From: Nitrospirota bacterium
GTDB lineage: Bacteria > Nitrospirota > UBA9217
Direction: 5' to 3'
Assembly: GCA_963796285.1 (NCBI GenBank)
Contig: CAWCKW010000012.1
Coordinates: 800,001 to 864,000 of the forward strand
DNA: 64,000 nucleotides
In this document: positions 8,908 to 19,771 of the stretch, one piece after another
Numbering within the stretch: the first letter of the stretch is position 1
Layout of the letters: every line of letters begins with the position of its first letter
The notes under the pieces: generated by a model
Told to the model about the DNA's origin: nothing
Database searches by the model: none
The model's input: the letters and a program-made list of their open reading frames with translations, nothing else
Position numbers and translations under genes: made by a program

Positions 8908-8940
8908 ATCCATGGATGGTAGCATCAGTCGCAGCCTATC

Positions 8941-10181
8941 ATGATATTTACCTGTTCAAAATTGATCACATTGCAGACCCCGGGCCCCATTGATAGAGAA
9001 TGGCGCAGATAGCGATTAATAATAAGGGGACCATTCTGGCAGTCGGCACATGCAGACAATATAATAAAAAGATTTTCCAGCCACCGCATTATCAGCGCTT
9101 GCACAACGCGGTTCTTCATGCCCGGCCTGATCAACCTCCATTCCCATCTCGAACTCCCTCCCCTGCTCGAAAGTGTTCGCGCTAAAACTTTCCCTGATTG
9201 GATTATTAATCTCATTCGAGCAAAGAAAGACCTGAGCAAGCAGGATTATCAGAGTGCGACAAGGATAAATATCAACACGCTCATCCAAACCGGCACAACC
9301 ACGGTTGGCGAGATCTGCACCCATGGTGTAAGCCCTGCCCTGCTAAAACAGGCGGACTGCGGGCTGTGGTATACCATGAGATCATTTCAATGAATCCTGT
9401 CCAGGGCGACCACTGGGTGCCGCCCCCAGGGCTCCCATCTCGGTCCATCGTCACTTATACAAAACGGCTATCTCCCCCACGCTCCCTATACAGTTTCAGC
9501 AAGCGGCATTGCGTGCGATCAGCCGACTCTCGCAGAAAAAGGATATCCGCATTGCCATGCATATTGCGGAATCAAAAGAAGAGATGCAGCTGCTCCAAGG
9601 AAAGAAAAGCGGTTTGGAAGAGCTTTATCGTCTTGCTGGATGGGACCTTGGCTGGGCGCCTCATGGCGATTCATCAATCGAATATCTCAAGCGCAATTGG
9701 TTTTCTCTCTCCCAATCTATTGGCTGTACATGCTGTTCAGGTTACGGAAAAAGACATCGAGATTATCAGAAAGTCAAAAGTATCAATTGCGCACTGCCCT
9801 CGGAGCAACAAGGAAACGGGGGTCGGGAAAATGCCGCTCAAGAAGTTTCTTGACGCCGGCGTCATTGTTGGTCTTGGCACGGACAGCCTTGCGAGTTCGC
9901 CGACCCTGAACATGTGGGATGAGATGCGTTATGCATACCAGATACACCGGCGGAGTGGCGTTTCAGCAGAAGACATCTTCAGACTCGCGACCATCAACGG
10001 TGCAAAGGCCCTCGGTTTGGATAAAGAGATCGGCGCTCTTGAACCGGGCAAAAAGGCGGACATCATAGCTGTTCCTCTTCCCGTGAAAAATACGGGTGAC
10101 ATCTATTCCGACTTGCTCAGAGAAACGAAATCATGTATTATGACCATGGTCAACGGGAAAATTCTGCACAGATCATTATAA
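8941..10181 (+). CDS. Metal-dependent amidohydrolase, probable aminodeoxyfutalosine deaminase (several frameshifts)
   Basis: PGLINLHSHLE, HIAES, HCPRSN, GLGTDS and GKKADI motifs across ORF fragments; directly upstream of mqnE. Confidence 0.75.
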
Positions 10182-10211
10182 TTCTACCCTCCCCGATCGA
10201 CACTACAGAAT

Positions 10212-11285
10212 ATGAGCATTAACTCTATTAAAGAAAAAGTTATTACCGCCCGCCGCCTCACGCGCAAAGATGGGATCGAACTATATAAATCGAACGACCT
10301 GCTTGCACTCGGGCGCATGGCGACCCATGTCGCACAGCACAAGAACGGCAACCGGGCCTATTTCGTCCAGAATATGCATATCAATCCCACAAACATCTGC
10401 GTGAATCGCTGCAAATTCTGTGCGTTCAGCAGGAGCAAGGGCGAGCCGGGCGCATACGAGATGAGCATCGATGATATACTGAACAAGGCGCGCAGCGCGG
10501 GAAAAGGAGTTCGTGAGCTCCATATCGTATCCGGCCTCCACCCGGATCTGCCTTTTACATGGTATCTTGACATGCTCAGCGCCTTGAAACAATCATTTCC
10601 GAAGTTACACCTCAAAGCATTTACTGCCGTGGAGATCGATTATCTGGCGAAACTATCCGGTCTGAGCATCATTGATACGTTAAAGCAACTCCGCGATGCC
10701 GGACTCGGTTCTCTCCCCGGCGGTGGTGCCGAGATATTCAATACCGCTGTGCGCAACACCCTATGCGCAGAAAAGATCAGCGGCGATCGGTGGCTTGAAG
10801 TGATCGAAACAGCCCACAGGATCGGCCTCAAATCGAACGCCACCATGCTCTATGGACATATCGAGACCTATGAGCACCGGATAGACCATCTGATCAGGCT
10901 CAGAGAGCTTCAGGACCGGACAGGTGGGTTCCAGGCCTTCATCCCCCTGAGTTTCCATTCGCAGAACACGGAGATCAAAAAAACCGCCTACACAACGGGC
11001 TTTGACGATCTCAAGACCCTTGCGATCTCGCGGTTGATGCTGGACAACTTCGACCATATCAAGGCATACTGGGTCATGCTGGGAGAAAAGATCGCCCAGG
11101 TTTCACTCAACTTCGGCGTCGATGATCTTGACGGTACCGTGGTGGAAGAGCGGATCACCAAAGCAGCGGGCGGGACCACGGACGGGAGCATGACGAGGGA
11201 CGACATTGTGCATCTCATAAAGCAGGCGGGACGTACGCCGGTGGAGCGGGATACAGTTTATAATGTCGTGAAGGTATGGAAATAA
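10212..11285 (+). CDS. mqnE: Aminofutalosine synthase (radical SAM, CofH-like)
   Basis: NPTNICVNRCKFCAF CxxxCxxC, PGGGAEIF, HIKAYWVM, DGTVVEE. Confidence 0.9.
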   Translation: MSINSIKEKVITARRLTRKDGIELYKSNDLLALGRMATHVAQHKNGNRAYFVQNMHINPTNICVNRCKFCAFSRSKGEPGAYEMSIDDILNKARSAGKGVRELHIVSGLHPDLPFTWYLDMLSALKQSFPKLHLKAFTAVEIDYLAKLSGLSIIDTLKQLRDAGLGSLPGGGAEIFNTAVRNTLCAEKISGDRWLEVIETAHRIGLKSNATMLYGHIETYEHRIDHLIRLRELQDRTGGFQAFIPLSFHSQNTEIKKTAYTTGFDDLKTLAISRLMLDNFDHIKAYWVMLGEKIAQVSLNFGVDDLDGTVVEERITKAAGGTTDGSMTRDDIVHLIKQAGRTPVERDTVYNVVKVWK

Positions 11286-11361
11286 TTTACCACTGCAGCG
11301 GCTTTAGGAATGTGGACTAGAGACTAAACGCCATGAAGCTCCTTACCACGGATACACATAG

Positions 11362-12445
11362 ATGAACGCAGATTTAAAAAAAATAGTTACTCAAAGCTTC
11401 AAAGGCAAAACGACTTGACGCGAATGAAGGTCTTGCCTTGTTCAAGCACGCCGACCTTCTGACCCTCGGGGAACTCGCAAATGGTGTAAGAAAACGCCTT
11501 CATCCCGAACGGCTGGTGACCTTCGTCGTAGACCGGAACATCAATTATACTAATATCTGCGTGAACAAATGCAAATTCTGCGCGTTCTATCGCGAGGCTG
11601 ACAGTCCCGATGCCTACATCCTGTCAAGAGAAGAAATTTTTACAAAAATCGAGGAAACGCTCGCACAGGGTGGTACGCAGATCCTTATGCAGGGTGGTGT
11701 TCATCCAGATCTTGGAATAGATTATTTCGAGGATCTGTTCCGATCAATCAAGGCATTCTACACTATTCAGATCCATTCGCTCTCGCCTTCCGAAATATCG
11801 TATGTCGCAAATAAGGCTGGCTTAAGTATTAAAGATGCGCTTACTCGCCTCAAAGCTTCGGGCCTCGATTCGATCCCAGGCGGAGGGGCAGAGATCCTTG
11901 TTGACCGCGTCAGGAAAAAAGTGAGCCCGAACAAGATCAGGTGGCGTCAGTGGGCGGATGTTATGAGAACAGCGCATAATCTCGGCATGCCGACGACTGC
12001 CACCATGATGTTCGGCAGTGTCGAAACACATAAAGAGATCATGGAGCACCTGCTTAGACTCAGGGATATCCAGGACGAAACTGGAGGGTTTACCGCATTC
12101 ATACCCTGGACCTATCAGCCCGGCAACACCGAGCTCGGAGGCCGATCGGCAACTGCGGTTGAATATCTCAAAGTACTCGCTCTTTCGCGCATTATGCTCG
12201 ACAATTTTGACAACATTCAGGCCTCATGGGTGACACAAGGCGCGAAAATCGCGCAGGTTGCACTAGAGTTCGGAGCGAATGATTTCGGCAGCACGATGAT
12301 CGAGGAGAATGTTGTTGCTGCGGCAGGAATTGCCTTCAGAATGACAAAACAGGAGATCGTAAACATCATAAAAGATGCGGGCTATGCTCCTGCTCAACGT
12401 GACACAAGGTACAACATTCTGAAGAGAGAAGACATAAAATTATAA
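11362..12445 (+). CDS. mqnC: Cyclic dehypoxanthinyl futalosine synthase (radical SAM); extra A near 11407-11410 shifts the N-terminus
   Basis: DRNINYTNICVNKCKFCAFY, QASWVTQG, DFGSTMIEENVV; ATG 11362 gives MNADLKKIVTQSFKGK, joining RLDANEG after removal of one A. Confidence 0.88.
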
Positions 12446-12586
12446 TTGTGAGAAGGGAATAAACACAGCAAACTATTTTTTTTGCGCAGCATTTTCCGAT
12501 GAAAAATAAATAACGGATAGCTTGATACGTCGTATCAGATCTGAAGTGAAACTGAAAAACTTTATTAAACTAACGAGTTACATTTC

Positions 12587-12632
12587 CTTTGCACAATACA
12601 TGTGGACAACCTGTTATTAAGTCTGTGAATAT
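12587..12632. promoter_or_regulatory. Cluster of four DnaA-box-like nonamers
   Basis: CTTTGCACA-5nt-TGTGGACAA-2nt-TGTTATTAA-3nt-TGTGAATAT; each 1-2 mismatches to TTATNCACA or its complement. Confidence 0.55.
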
Positions 12633-12713
12633 CTTTTTTTGGAACGCTGTCATAGCACGGCAAATGCAAATTGCATATTAAATGGGCACGCAAAGTTTAA
12701 ATAAAATGAATAC

Positions 12714-13989
12714 TTAGGAGAATGATCCAAAATTATCTTGATCTTTTACTTCGTTAATCTTTATGTTGATTTTTTTACCGATATCCCCTGTTTTTGCCCC
12801 ATAAATCTTCACCCGAATGTAATTATCCGTTAGACCTGTCAGTAGGCCTGTATCAGGATCGACCTTGTCTTCGACGACAACCTTGAGCTCTGATCCCAGG
12901 TGCATTTTTCTGAACAAAAGGTTTTTTCCCATCCCAAGTGTGCGGAGAGCGGCATTGCGTTCCTTTTTGATCATTTCCGGGACCTGGTCCTTCATCTCAG
13001 CCGCAGGCGTGCCAGGACGAGGAGAGTAACTGAATACATGCAAGTGCGTCAAAGGAGACATTTCCACGAGCCGCATGGTATTCTGAAACTCTTTTTCACC
13101 CTCTCCGGGGTATCCTACGATAATATCCGCTCCCAGTGCGATGCCGGGAACCTGTTTCGCAATATTTTCAATCAATTCCTGATAGAAACGAGAAGTATAT
13201 CTCCTTTTCATGGATGCTAAAATTGCATCGTCGCCGCTCTGAAGCGGGATGTGCAAGTGTCTGCAGAGTCCCTGGCCGAGATGCGTGATCATCTCCTGCG
13301 TGACCTCATTCGGTTCGATCGAACTCAAGCGCAACCGAGTAGAGTCCCTTGACAGGATAAGAGTCTTGAGCATGTTCCGTGAGATTGATACCATACCCGA
13401 GATCAGACCCGTAGGTTCCTATATGAACCCCGGTCAGTACCACCTCAGGACATCCATTGCTTACAAGACGTTCGAATTCATGAAGGACATCGCTTGGTGC
13501 GGCGCTTCGGGAATTACCTCTTGCGAAGGGAACTATGCAGTAGGAGCATCGGTTGTCACAGCCATCCTGTATCTTCAGGAAGCCACGTGTTCTCGAGTGC
13601 AGGGCCTTTATCGGCACATTTGAAGCAGGCCGTCTGTCGGAGCCAGAAGCGGTGGCCATCGACATAATATGATCAGTGATCACGCCCTTATCGCGGTTCC
13701 CGATCACCAGAACTACCCCCGGTATCTTTTTTATCTCGTCCGGGCTTGTTTCGGCATAGCAGCCTGTAACGACTACTTTTGCACCATTTCCGCGTCTTAC
13801 TGCCGAACGGACCATTCTCCTGCACTCATAGTCACTTTTTGAGGTCACTGTGCAGGTATTGATGACATAGACATCAGCCTCAGCGTCAAAGGGCACGACA
13901 GTGTTCCCGCGCGAGAGAAGATCCTGTTGCATAACGTCTGTCTCAAACTGGTTGATTTTACATCCGAGGGTCGTAAACGCTATTCGCAT
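12714..13989 (-). CDS. mtaB: tRNA t6A methylthiotransferase (frameshift near 13390)
   Basis: TLGCKINQFE, INTCTVT, LKIQDGCDNRCSYC, HLHIPLQSG, HVFSYSPRPGT across two ORFs. Confidence 0.88.
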
Positions 13990-15299
13990 AACTGTCCGGT
14001 TAGAGAATTCATACCTGCCGCGGTGATCCTGACCATGGCGAGTGATCCGATGAGGGCGGCGGGCGCGTTGAAGTTCACTGCCTTGTTCCCCCTGGTCCTT
14101 CCACTCAGCGTTCCGCCTTTTTTGCTCAACCCGTCAACAAGGACCTCCTGAAGTGAATTGACGAGTTTATTGATTGTTCCGCGATGTTAATTCCCTTTGA
14201 AGTTCCAGCACCTGAGCAAGTCTCTTTTCCTTTATGTCATCAGTCAGGTGACCGTCATGCTTGAGCGCGGCCGTACCCGGCCGTTTCGAGTACTTGAATG
14301 CAAAGATGCCGTCATACTGCACTTCTTCAAGGAGGTCCATAGTCAGTGCAAAATCCCGTTCTTGTTCTCCCGGGAACCCGACGATGATGTCCGTGGTGAG
14401 TGTAATATAAGGCAAAGCCTCCCGCAATCTCTTGATCTTTCCAAGATATTCCTCACGGGTATAGCGTCTATTCATGGCACTCAGAATGTCATTAGAACCG
14501 CTCTGGACCGGCAGATGCAGGGACTCGCAGACCTTGGGAAGGTCGCGTAGTGTTGAAATCAGGTCGTCAGAGAGATCCCGGGGATGGGAGGTTACAAATC
14601 GTATCCGCTCGATAGCAGGAACATCGTTGACCATTCTCAGAAGAGAAGGGAAATTCGCGTGCCCTTCCAGTCCCTTGCCGTACGAGTTCACGTTCTGACC
14701 CAGCAGGGTTACTTCCTTGTAGCCTTTCTCGGGCGAGCTCGCGCACTTCGCTAACGATTTCGGAAGGTAGCCGTGAACGTTCCCTGCCGCGCAGATACGG
14801 CACTACGCAATAGGTACAAAAGTTATTGCACCCGTACATAATGGATACCCAGGCTTTTAATCTGTCTGTCCGGGTGGTTGGGATACGTTTTCGGTGATAG
14901 TCAGGGTCTCCCGCAATATCGACTACCGGAAGGGACCAGGAACGCTTTCTTTCGATCAGTGCAGGGAGTCGCGAGATGTCCGAAGGGCCGAATACCATGT
15001 CCACATAGGGTGCACGGGAGAGGATATTCGCCCCTTCCTGCTGCGCAATACAGCCGGCCACCGCGATCTTGAGGCCCGGTCTCTCGTCTTTGATCTTTTT
15101 CAGCCGCCCCAACTCGCTGTAGAATTTCTGTTCTGCTTTTTCACGGATACTGCACGTGTTCAGGATGACCATGTCCGCATGTCTCTGCAAGTGACGAGGA
15201 GGTGAATCCCTGTTCTTCGAGAATGCCCGTCATGCGTTCGGAATCGTGCTCATTCATCTGGCAGCCAAAGGTGATAATATGAAACGATTTCATGCTCAT
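13980..15299 (-). CDS. miaB: tRNA i6A37 methylthiotransferase (several frameshifts)
   Basis: [50 protein letters not shown] and C-terminal TRAM domain. Confidence 0.88.
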
Positions 15300-15305
15300 G
15301 AGGTC

Positions 15306-15334
15306 ATTATAATACGCCGGTAAGTGTTAAACAA
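15306..15334 (-). promoter_or_regulatory. Sigma70-type promoter abutting miaB start
   Basis: TTGTTT-N17-TATAAT, ATG 6 nt after the -10 box. Confidence 0.55.
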
Positions 15335-15366
15335 GAGGTATCTGAATATAGCGCAGGAGCGGGTCG

Positions 15367-16171
15367 TTAGCGGGAAACCATAAGTCGGACAGTTTCTCCT
15401 CGTTTGACTGACAGTGCTGTTCTGGCGTTTTGCTTGTACATGAATATTTCGAGCGACACCTGAGCTATTGATTATGGCGCCCGCCTCTCCCGGTGCGGCC
15501 TCGGCATAAAATTTCTTTAGTCCCTTGATCGATTTGCCGGCGAAACTGACTGATGTTGCGCCCAGGTCCACACCCTCCGGAGAAAGCAACTGGATCTCCT
15601 TATAGGTGATATTCGTAATGATATTGCCGAACCGGTCTATGTGGACGACATGCCCCTCGATGCCGTTCGGCGTTATTTTTGGTGCGGGGATGTTCAACTT
15701 CACATAGTCCGTGATTTCATCGCCAAAGTTCGCTGAGGCGATGCCTTTTGAAAGCCAGCCCGCGACCGGGGCAAAGATATCTCTTCCGTGGAACGTCGGC
15801 CCCGGGTTGGGGAGAAAATAGTGGGTCGAAGTGATATGATGCACCCTGATGCGCTCCGCTTCCTGGTAGATCAGGGTAAAGAGACCATTATCAGGGCCGA
15901 CGAAGTAGTAACTTTCGGTCACGACAATGATCGGTCTTCTGCCGCTGCCCACACCGGGATCCACAACGGCGAGGTGCACCGTGCCCTTCGGGAAGTGACT
16001 GTATGCGGACCTCAGCGTATACGCAGCTTCCCAGATATCCTGAGGATTGATCTCGTTGGATATATCGATGATCTGCGTTTGGGGATTGATCTTAAGAATG
16101 ACACCCTTCATGCTGGCTGCAAAGGCATCTTTTCCGCCGAAATCGGTTGTCAGTGTTATAATGGCGGACAT
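15367..16171 (-). CDS. DUF62 SAM hydrolase / SAM-dependent halogenase family protein (frameshift near C-terminus)
   Basis: ITLTTDFG, VVDPGVGSGRR, GPDNG, TFHGRDIFAP, HIDRFGN motifs. Confidence 0.9.
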
Positions 16172-16217
16172 ATATCCCCCGGTCAAATGCATAACGGTGT
16201 CTGATCGATTGAAAATG

Positions 16218-16246
16218 AATATATCAGGCTGAATTTGCTTTGTCAA
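16218..16246 (-). promoter_or_regulatory. Sigma70-type promoter for DUF62 gene
   Basis: TTGACA-N17-TATATT. Confidence 0.65.
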
Positions 16247-16306
16247 TCCAAAGATATGATCATAGGCGACCACTGCTCGCGAAATAGTGTTTATTGTATG
16301 AATCCG

Positions 16307-16963
16307 TTAAGCACGTCGTCGAATTTGCGGGAGCCGTGAGGGTATGATTCCCACTATCCGTATACCGGATATTTTTTCTATCACTGCCGGACTTGTCTTT
16401 TCCGCCAATCCAGGTTTCCAGTCCAGAGCATAATTGATCACAATACCGGCAATCGCTATATTATGACCCTTGAGCGCTGCGATAGAGAGCAAGGTGTGAT
16501 TGATCGTCCCCAGACCCGGTCTTGCCACGATCAGGACGGGAAGACCCATGGTATATGCAAGATCAAGATAGGTATATTGTCCGGACAACGGCACCATGAT
16601 GCCTCCTGCCCCTTCTACGATCATGAATTCATGTCTTTCACGCAGAGCGTATTAAAGGCAACGATTAGTTTCTCAGGATCGATCTTTTTGCCCTCTCGTG
16701 CAGCGGCAACTGAAGGAGCTAGCGGTTTTCTGAATCGATAAGGGTTTACGAGTGAAAGCGCGTCCTTCACACCCGCGGATTTCATCAGGCGGAGCGCGTC
16801 CTTGGGCATCAGCCGACCAGCGCGTATACGGCATCCGGTTTCGGCGGGCTTCATTACTCCTACGTTCACGCCCCGGAGTTTGAGTAGCTGTTGCAATTCC
16901 CGCGGACACATACGTCTTCCCTACGCCGGTATCGGTTCCGGTAACGAATAATCCTGAGGTCAT
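16307..16963 (-). CDS. bioD: Dethiobiotin synthase (frameshifted)
   Basis: FVTGTDTGVGKT, MKPAETG, VEGAGG, LGTINHTLL across three ORFs. Confidence 0.9.
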
Positions 16964-16972
16964 AATGTTCCA

Positions 16973-17714
16973 TTACAGTATCCTGCTGTCCAGATTGAAC
17001 ACCTGTCCAGACACATTGTGCGTTAACGAGAGTTGATAAATGAGTTCGGCTACTTCATCGGCATCGGATGCCTCTGCCAAGCGTGTTTTCCCGCAATATG
17101 CGATTATGAATCTCATTCGATATTGTCGCACCCATTTCTGTCGTCAAATATCCGGGCAGCACGGCATTGACCTGGATATTAAATAAACCAAGCTCCTTTG
17201 CGGCAGCTTTGGTCAGTCCGATAAGGCCGGCCTTTGCAGCTGAATAGTTCGCCTGCCCTTCCCTGCCCTGCTAACCCGACGATGGATGAAATGTTGATAA
17301 TATGGCCGCTTAGCCGTTTTATCATATGGTCAGCTGCAGCCCGAATGCAGTGGAATGGTCCACTGAGATTGGCATCGGACACATCGTCCCAGTCTTCCTC
17401 GCTCATACGAAGCATGATCCTGTCTTTCGTGATTGCAGCATTGTTTATCAAAACATCGACAGCACCCCACCGTTCAAGTGTGTAGTTGACCATCGTGTTC
17501 AATTTCGACCAGTATTCTTGACATCGGCCCGTAAAGAATTGCTTCTCCGCCATTCTGAGATATTTCATCTGCCACGGCCCTCGCTGCCCGTTCATTTGAT
17601 AAAAATTCACGACTACCCGTTCACCTGCCCTGCCGAAACGGAGGGCCATCGCTCTGCCGAGGCCTCGAGAAGCGCCGGTAATGATGATAACCCGTTTTTA
17701 TCGGACCCCGCCAT
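16973..17714 (-). CDS. FabG-like short-chain dehydrogenase/reductase (frameshifted)
   Basis: ITGASRGLG, LINNAAIT, NISSIVG, NYSAAKAG, VNAVLPG, SGQVFNLDSR. Confidence 0.8.
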
Positions 17715-18873
17715 TTAAATATAGCCTTCTTTTTTAACATGCTGAAAATATCGAGCGCAGAATCAATATCTGCGTCCGAATGCGCCGCCGTAACGGTTGT
17801 CCTTATCCGTGCGGCATCTGCCGGCACGGTAGGCGGACGGATCGCAGTTGCGTAAATGCCGTATTCGAACAGTTTCTCTGCTGCCTTCAGTGCCCGTCCC
17901 GAATCGCCGATGATAACGGGAATGATGGGCGTTTCAGAGGTTCCTGTGCTGATCCCGATCGATCTCAGTCCATTGACAAATTTGTTCCTGTTATTCCAGA
18001 GCCTGTCCCTTCGTTCCGGATCCTGTTCGAGAACATCGATCGCCGCAAGAGATGCTGCACAGACAGATGGCGGCAGACGCGGTGCTGAAGATAAAACTTC
18101 TTGCACAATTGATCAGCATGTCGATGAGTTCCTTGCTCCCGGCAACATAGGCGCCGAATGATCCAAACGCCTTTCCGAGTGTCCCCATCTGGATATGTAC
18201 GCGGCCCAAGAGTCCGAAATGCTCGACCGTCCCTTTGCCTGTTTTGCCGAGCACCCCGGTGCCATGGGCATCATCAACCATGAGTATCGCGTCGTATTTC
18301 TCGGCAAGAGAACGAGGTCCGGGAGAGGCGCGATGTCGCCGTCCATACTGAAGACGCCATCAGTGACGATCAGTTTTCGCTTGGCGTTCAGGTTGTTTTT
18401 CAATAGTGTTTCGACCTGCACCGAATCCTTGTGACGGTATACCATTACCTGCGCCTTGCTCAGGCGGCAGCCGTCAATGATGCTCGCATGGTTCAGGCTG
18501 TCGCTCAGGATCAGGTCTCCGGTGCCAACGATTGCGGGGATAATACCGGTATTAGCTGCATATCCCGAGTTGAAAACAAGCGCCGCCTCCGTGCCTTTGA
18601 AGCGGGCAATGCCTGTTCTCAAGAGCCTGGTGCAATGCGCTCGTTCCTGAAATGAGTCTTGACGCGCCGGCTCCAAAGCCGTAACGTTCCATCGCATGCA
18701 AAGCGGCCTGACGGAGCGCAAGGATGATTTGCAAGGCCAAGATAGTCGTTCGAGCACAGAAGCAGCATCTCCCTGTCTTTCATCGTAACCGGGAACCGTT
18801 ATAAGAGTCAACGACCCGGAGACGCCGTAGAAGGTGTCTGTTCATCTAATTTGGATAGCTCGTTTTCAAACAT
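17715..18873 (-). CDS. bioF: 8-amino-7-oxononanoate synthase (frameshifted)
   Basis: [56 protein letters not shown]. Confidence 0.9.
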
Positions 18874-18944
18874 GGATTTTCCTTGTTATCATAGAAAACA
18901 CAGCGGACTCAGATCTGTTACCACGGATAAACGCGAGTCACCCA

Positions 18945-19767
18945 TTAAGTACCATGGAAATAATCACCAGGTTCAATCGCAGGCCTGCACATGCTGCTGT
19001 CAGAGATCAATACGGCTTCGGTTTGAAGATAGTTGATGAATCTGCACATATCCAGGTCGTTCCTGTTGACAAAGAATGCCCTGCCGCCTCTCGAGTCGTC
19101 CTGCAATTTCAATATCGGGAAACGAACATAACCGATGCTTTCGAGGAAGCCACGTATCCAGCGGTATAGTCAGGTTCATCGGACCAGCAAAGCTCGGCAA
19201 CCATGCCGGGCGCATGCGCGACCTTGGTGGCAAGCGCTAATGCCTCACGGGTGCGGAAGTGTGTAAGACCGATCGCGGACAGCTTCCTGGTAATTGCATC
19301 AAGCGCTTCATCGGTCCAGTCGAATCTTGATGCTCGGACGCCCCGCTCCTGATCGGGTTCCAGCCGTATGCCGGTCTGCGCATCAATGATCATGGCGCCG
19401 CGCATGTTCCGGCCAGAAGGCGCTGCGCCGTTGCAAAGATGATTGATCGCAGCCATGGCAGCCTGTTCCGATATTTCCAGTGAGTGTAAGATCCTTGAAG
19501 CAGCTGAGCGAGCCCGTGGTCATATCGGGTGTATTGACGGTAACGACATCAAGTGCGGTCAGCATCCGGATCGGAGCATGTTCCCGAGATTCTCAATTTT
19601 TATCACGATCTGTTCAGGCGTGAACTTCTTTCCCCGGGCTCGTGGTAATAAGCGACTGCACGGTATCATCTATCTTTTCCGATGAGACGATCCGTTCAGC
19701 GCCTGAGAGATGTTGGTTCCCGGCGGATGCCCGCATGCGGATGCTGTAGAGAGAGGCACTGGTCCAT
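18945..19767 (-). CDS. bioW: 6-carboxyhexanoate (pimelate)-CoA ligase (frameshifted)
   Basis: YSIRMRAS, SGAERIV, MRGAMII, RGVRAS, EALALATKV, AELCWSDEPDYTAGYVA. Confidence 0.85.
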
Positions 19768-19771
19768 GTGA

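Noticed and set aside
12446-12713. oriC
   Set aside because: Only four degenerate boxes, no obvious unwinding element or DnaA-trio array, and no origin-linked genes; kept as DARS-like instead.
15367-16171. Fluorinase/chlorinase for halometabolite synthesis
   Set aside because: Has the HGRD and DRFGN motifs of ordinary DUF62 hydrolases and a housekeeping context with no secondary-metabolite genes.
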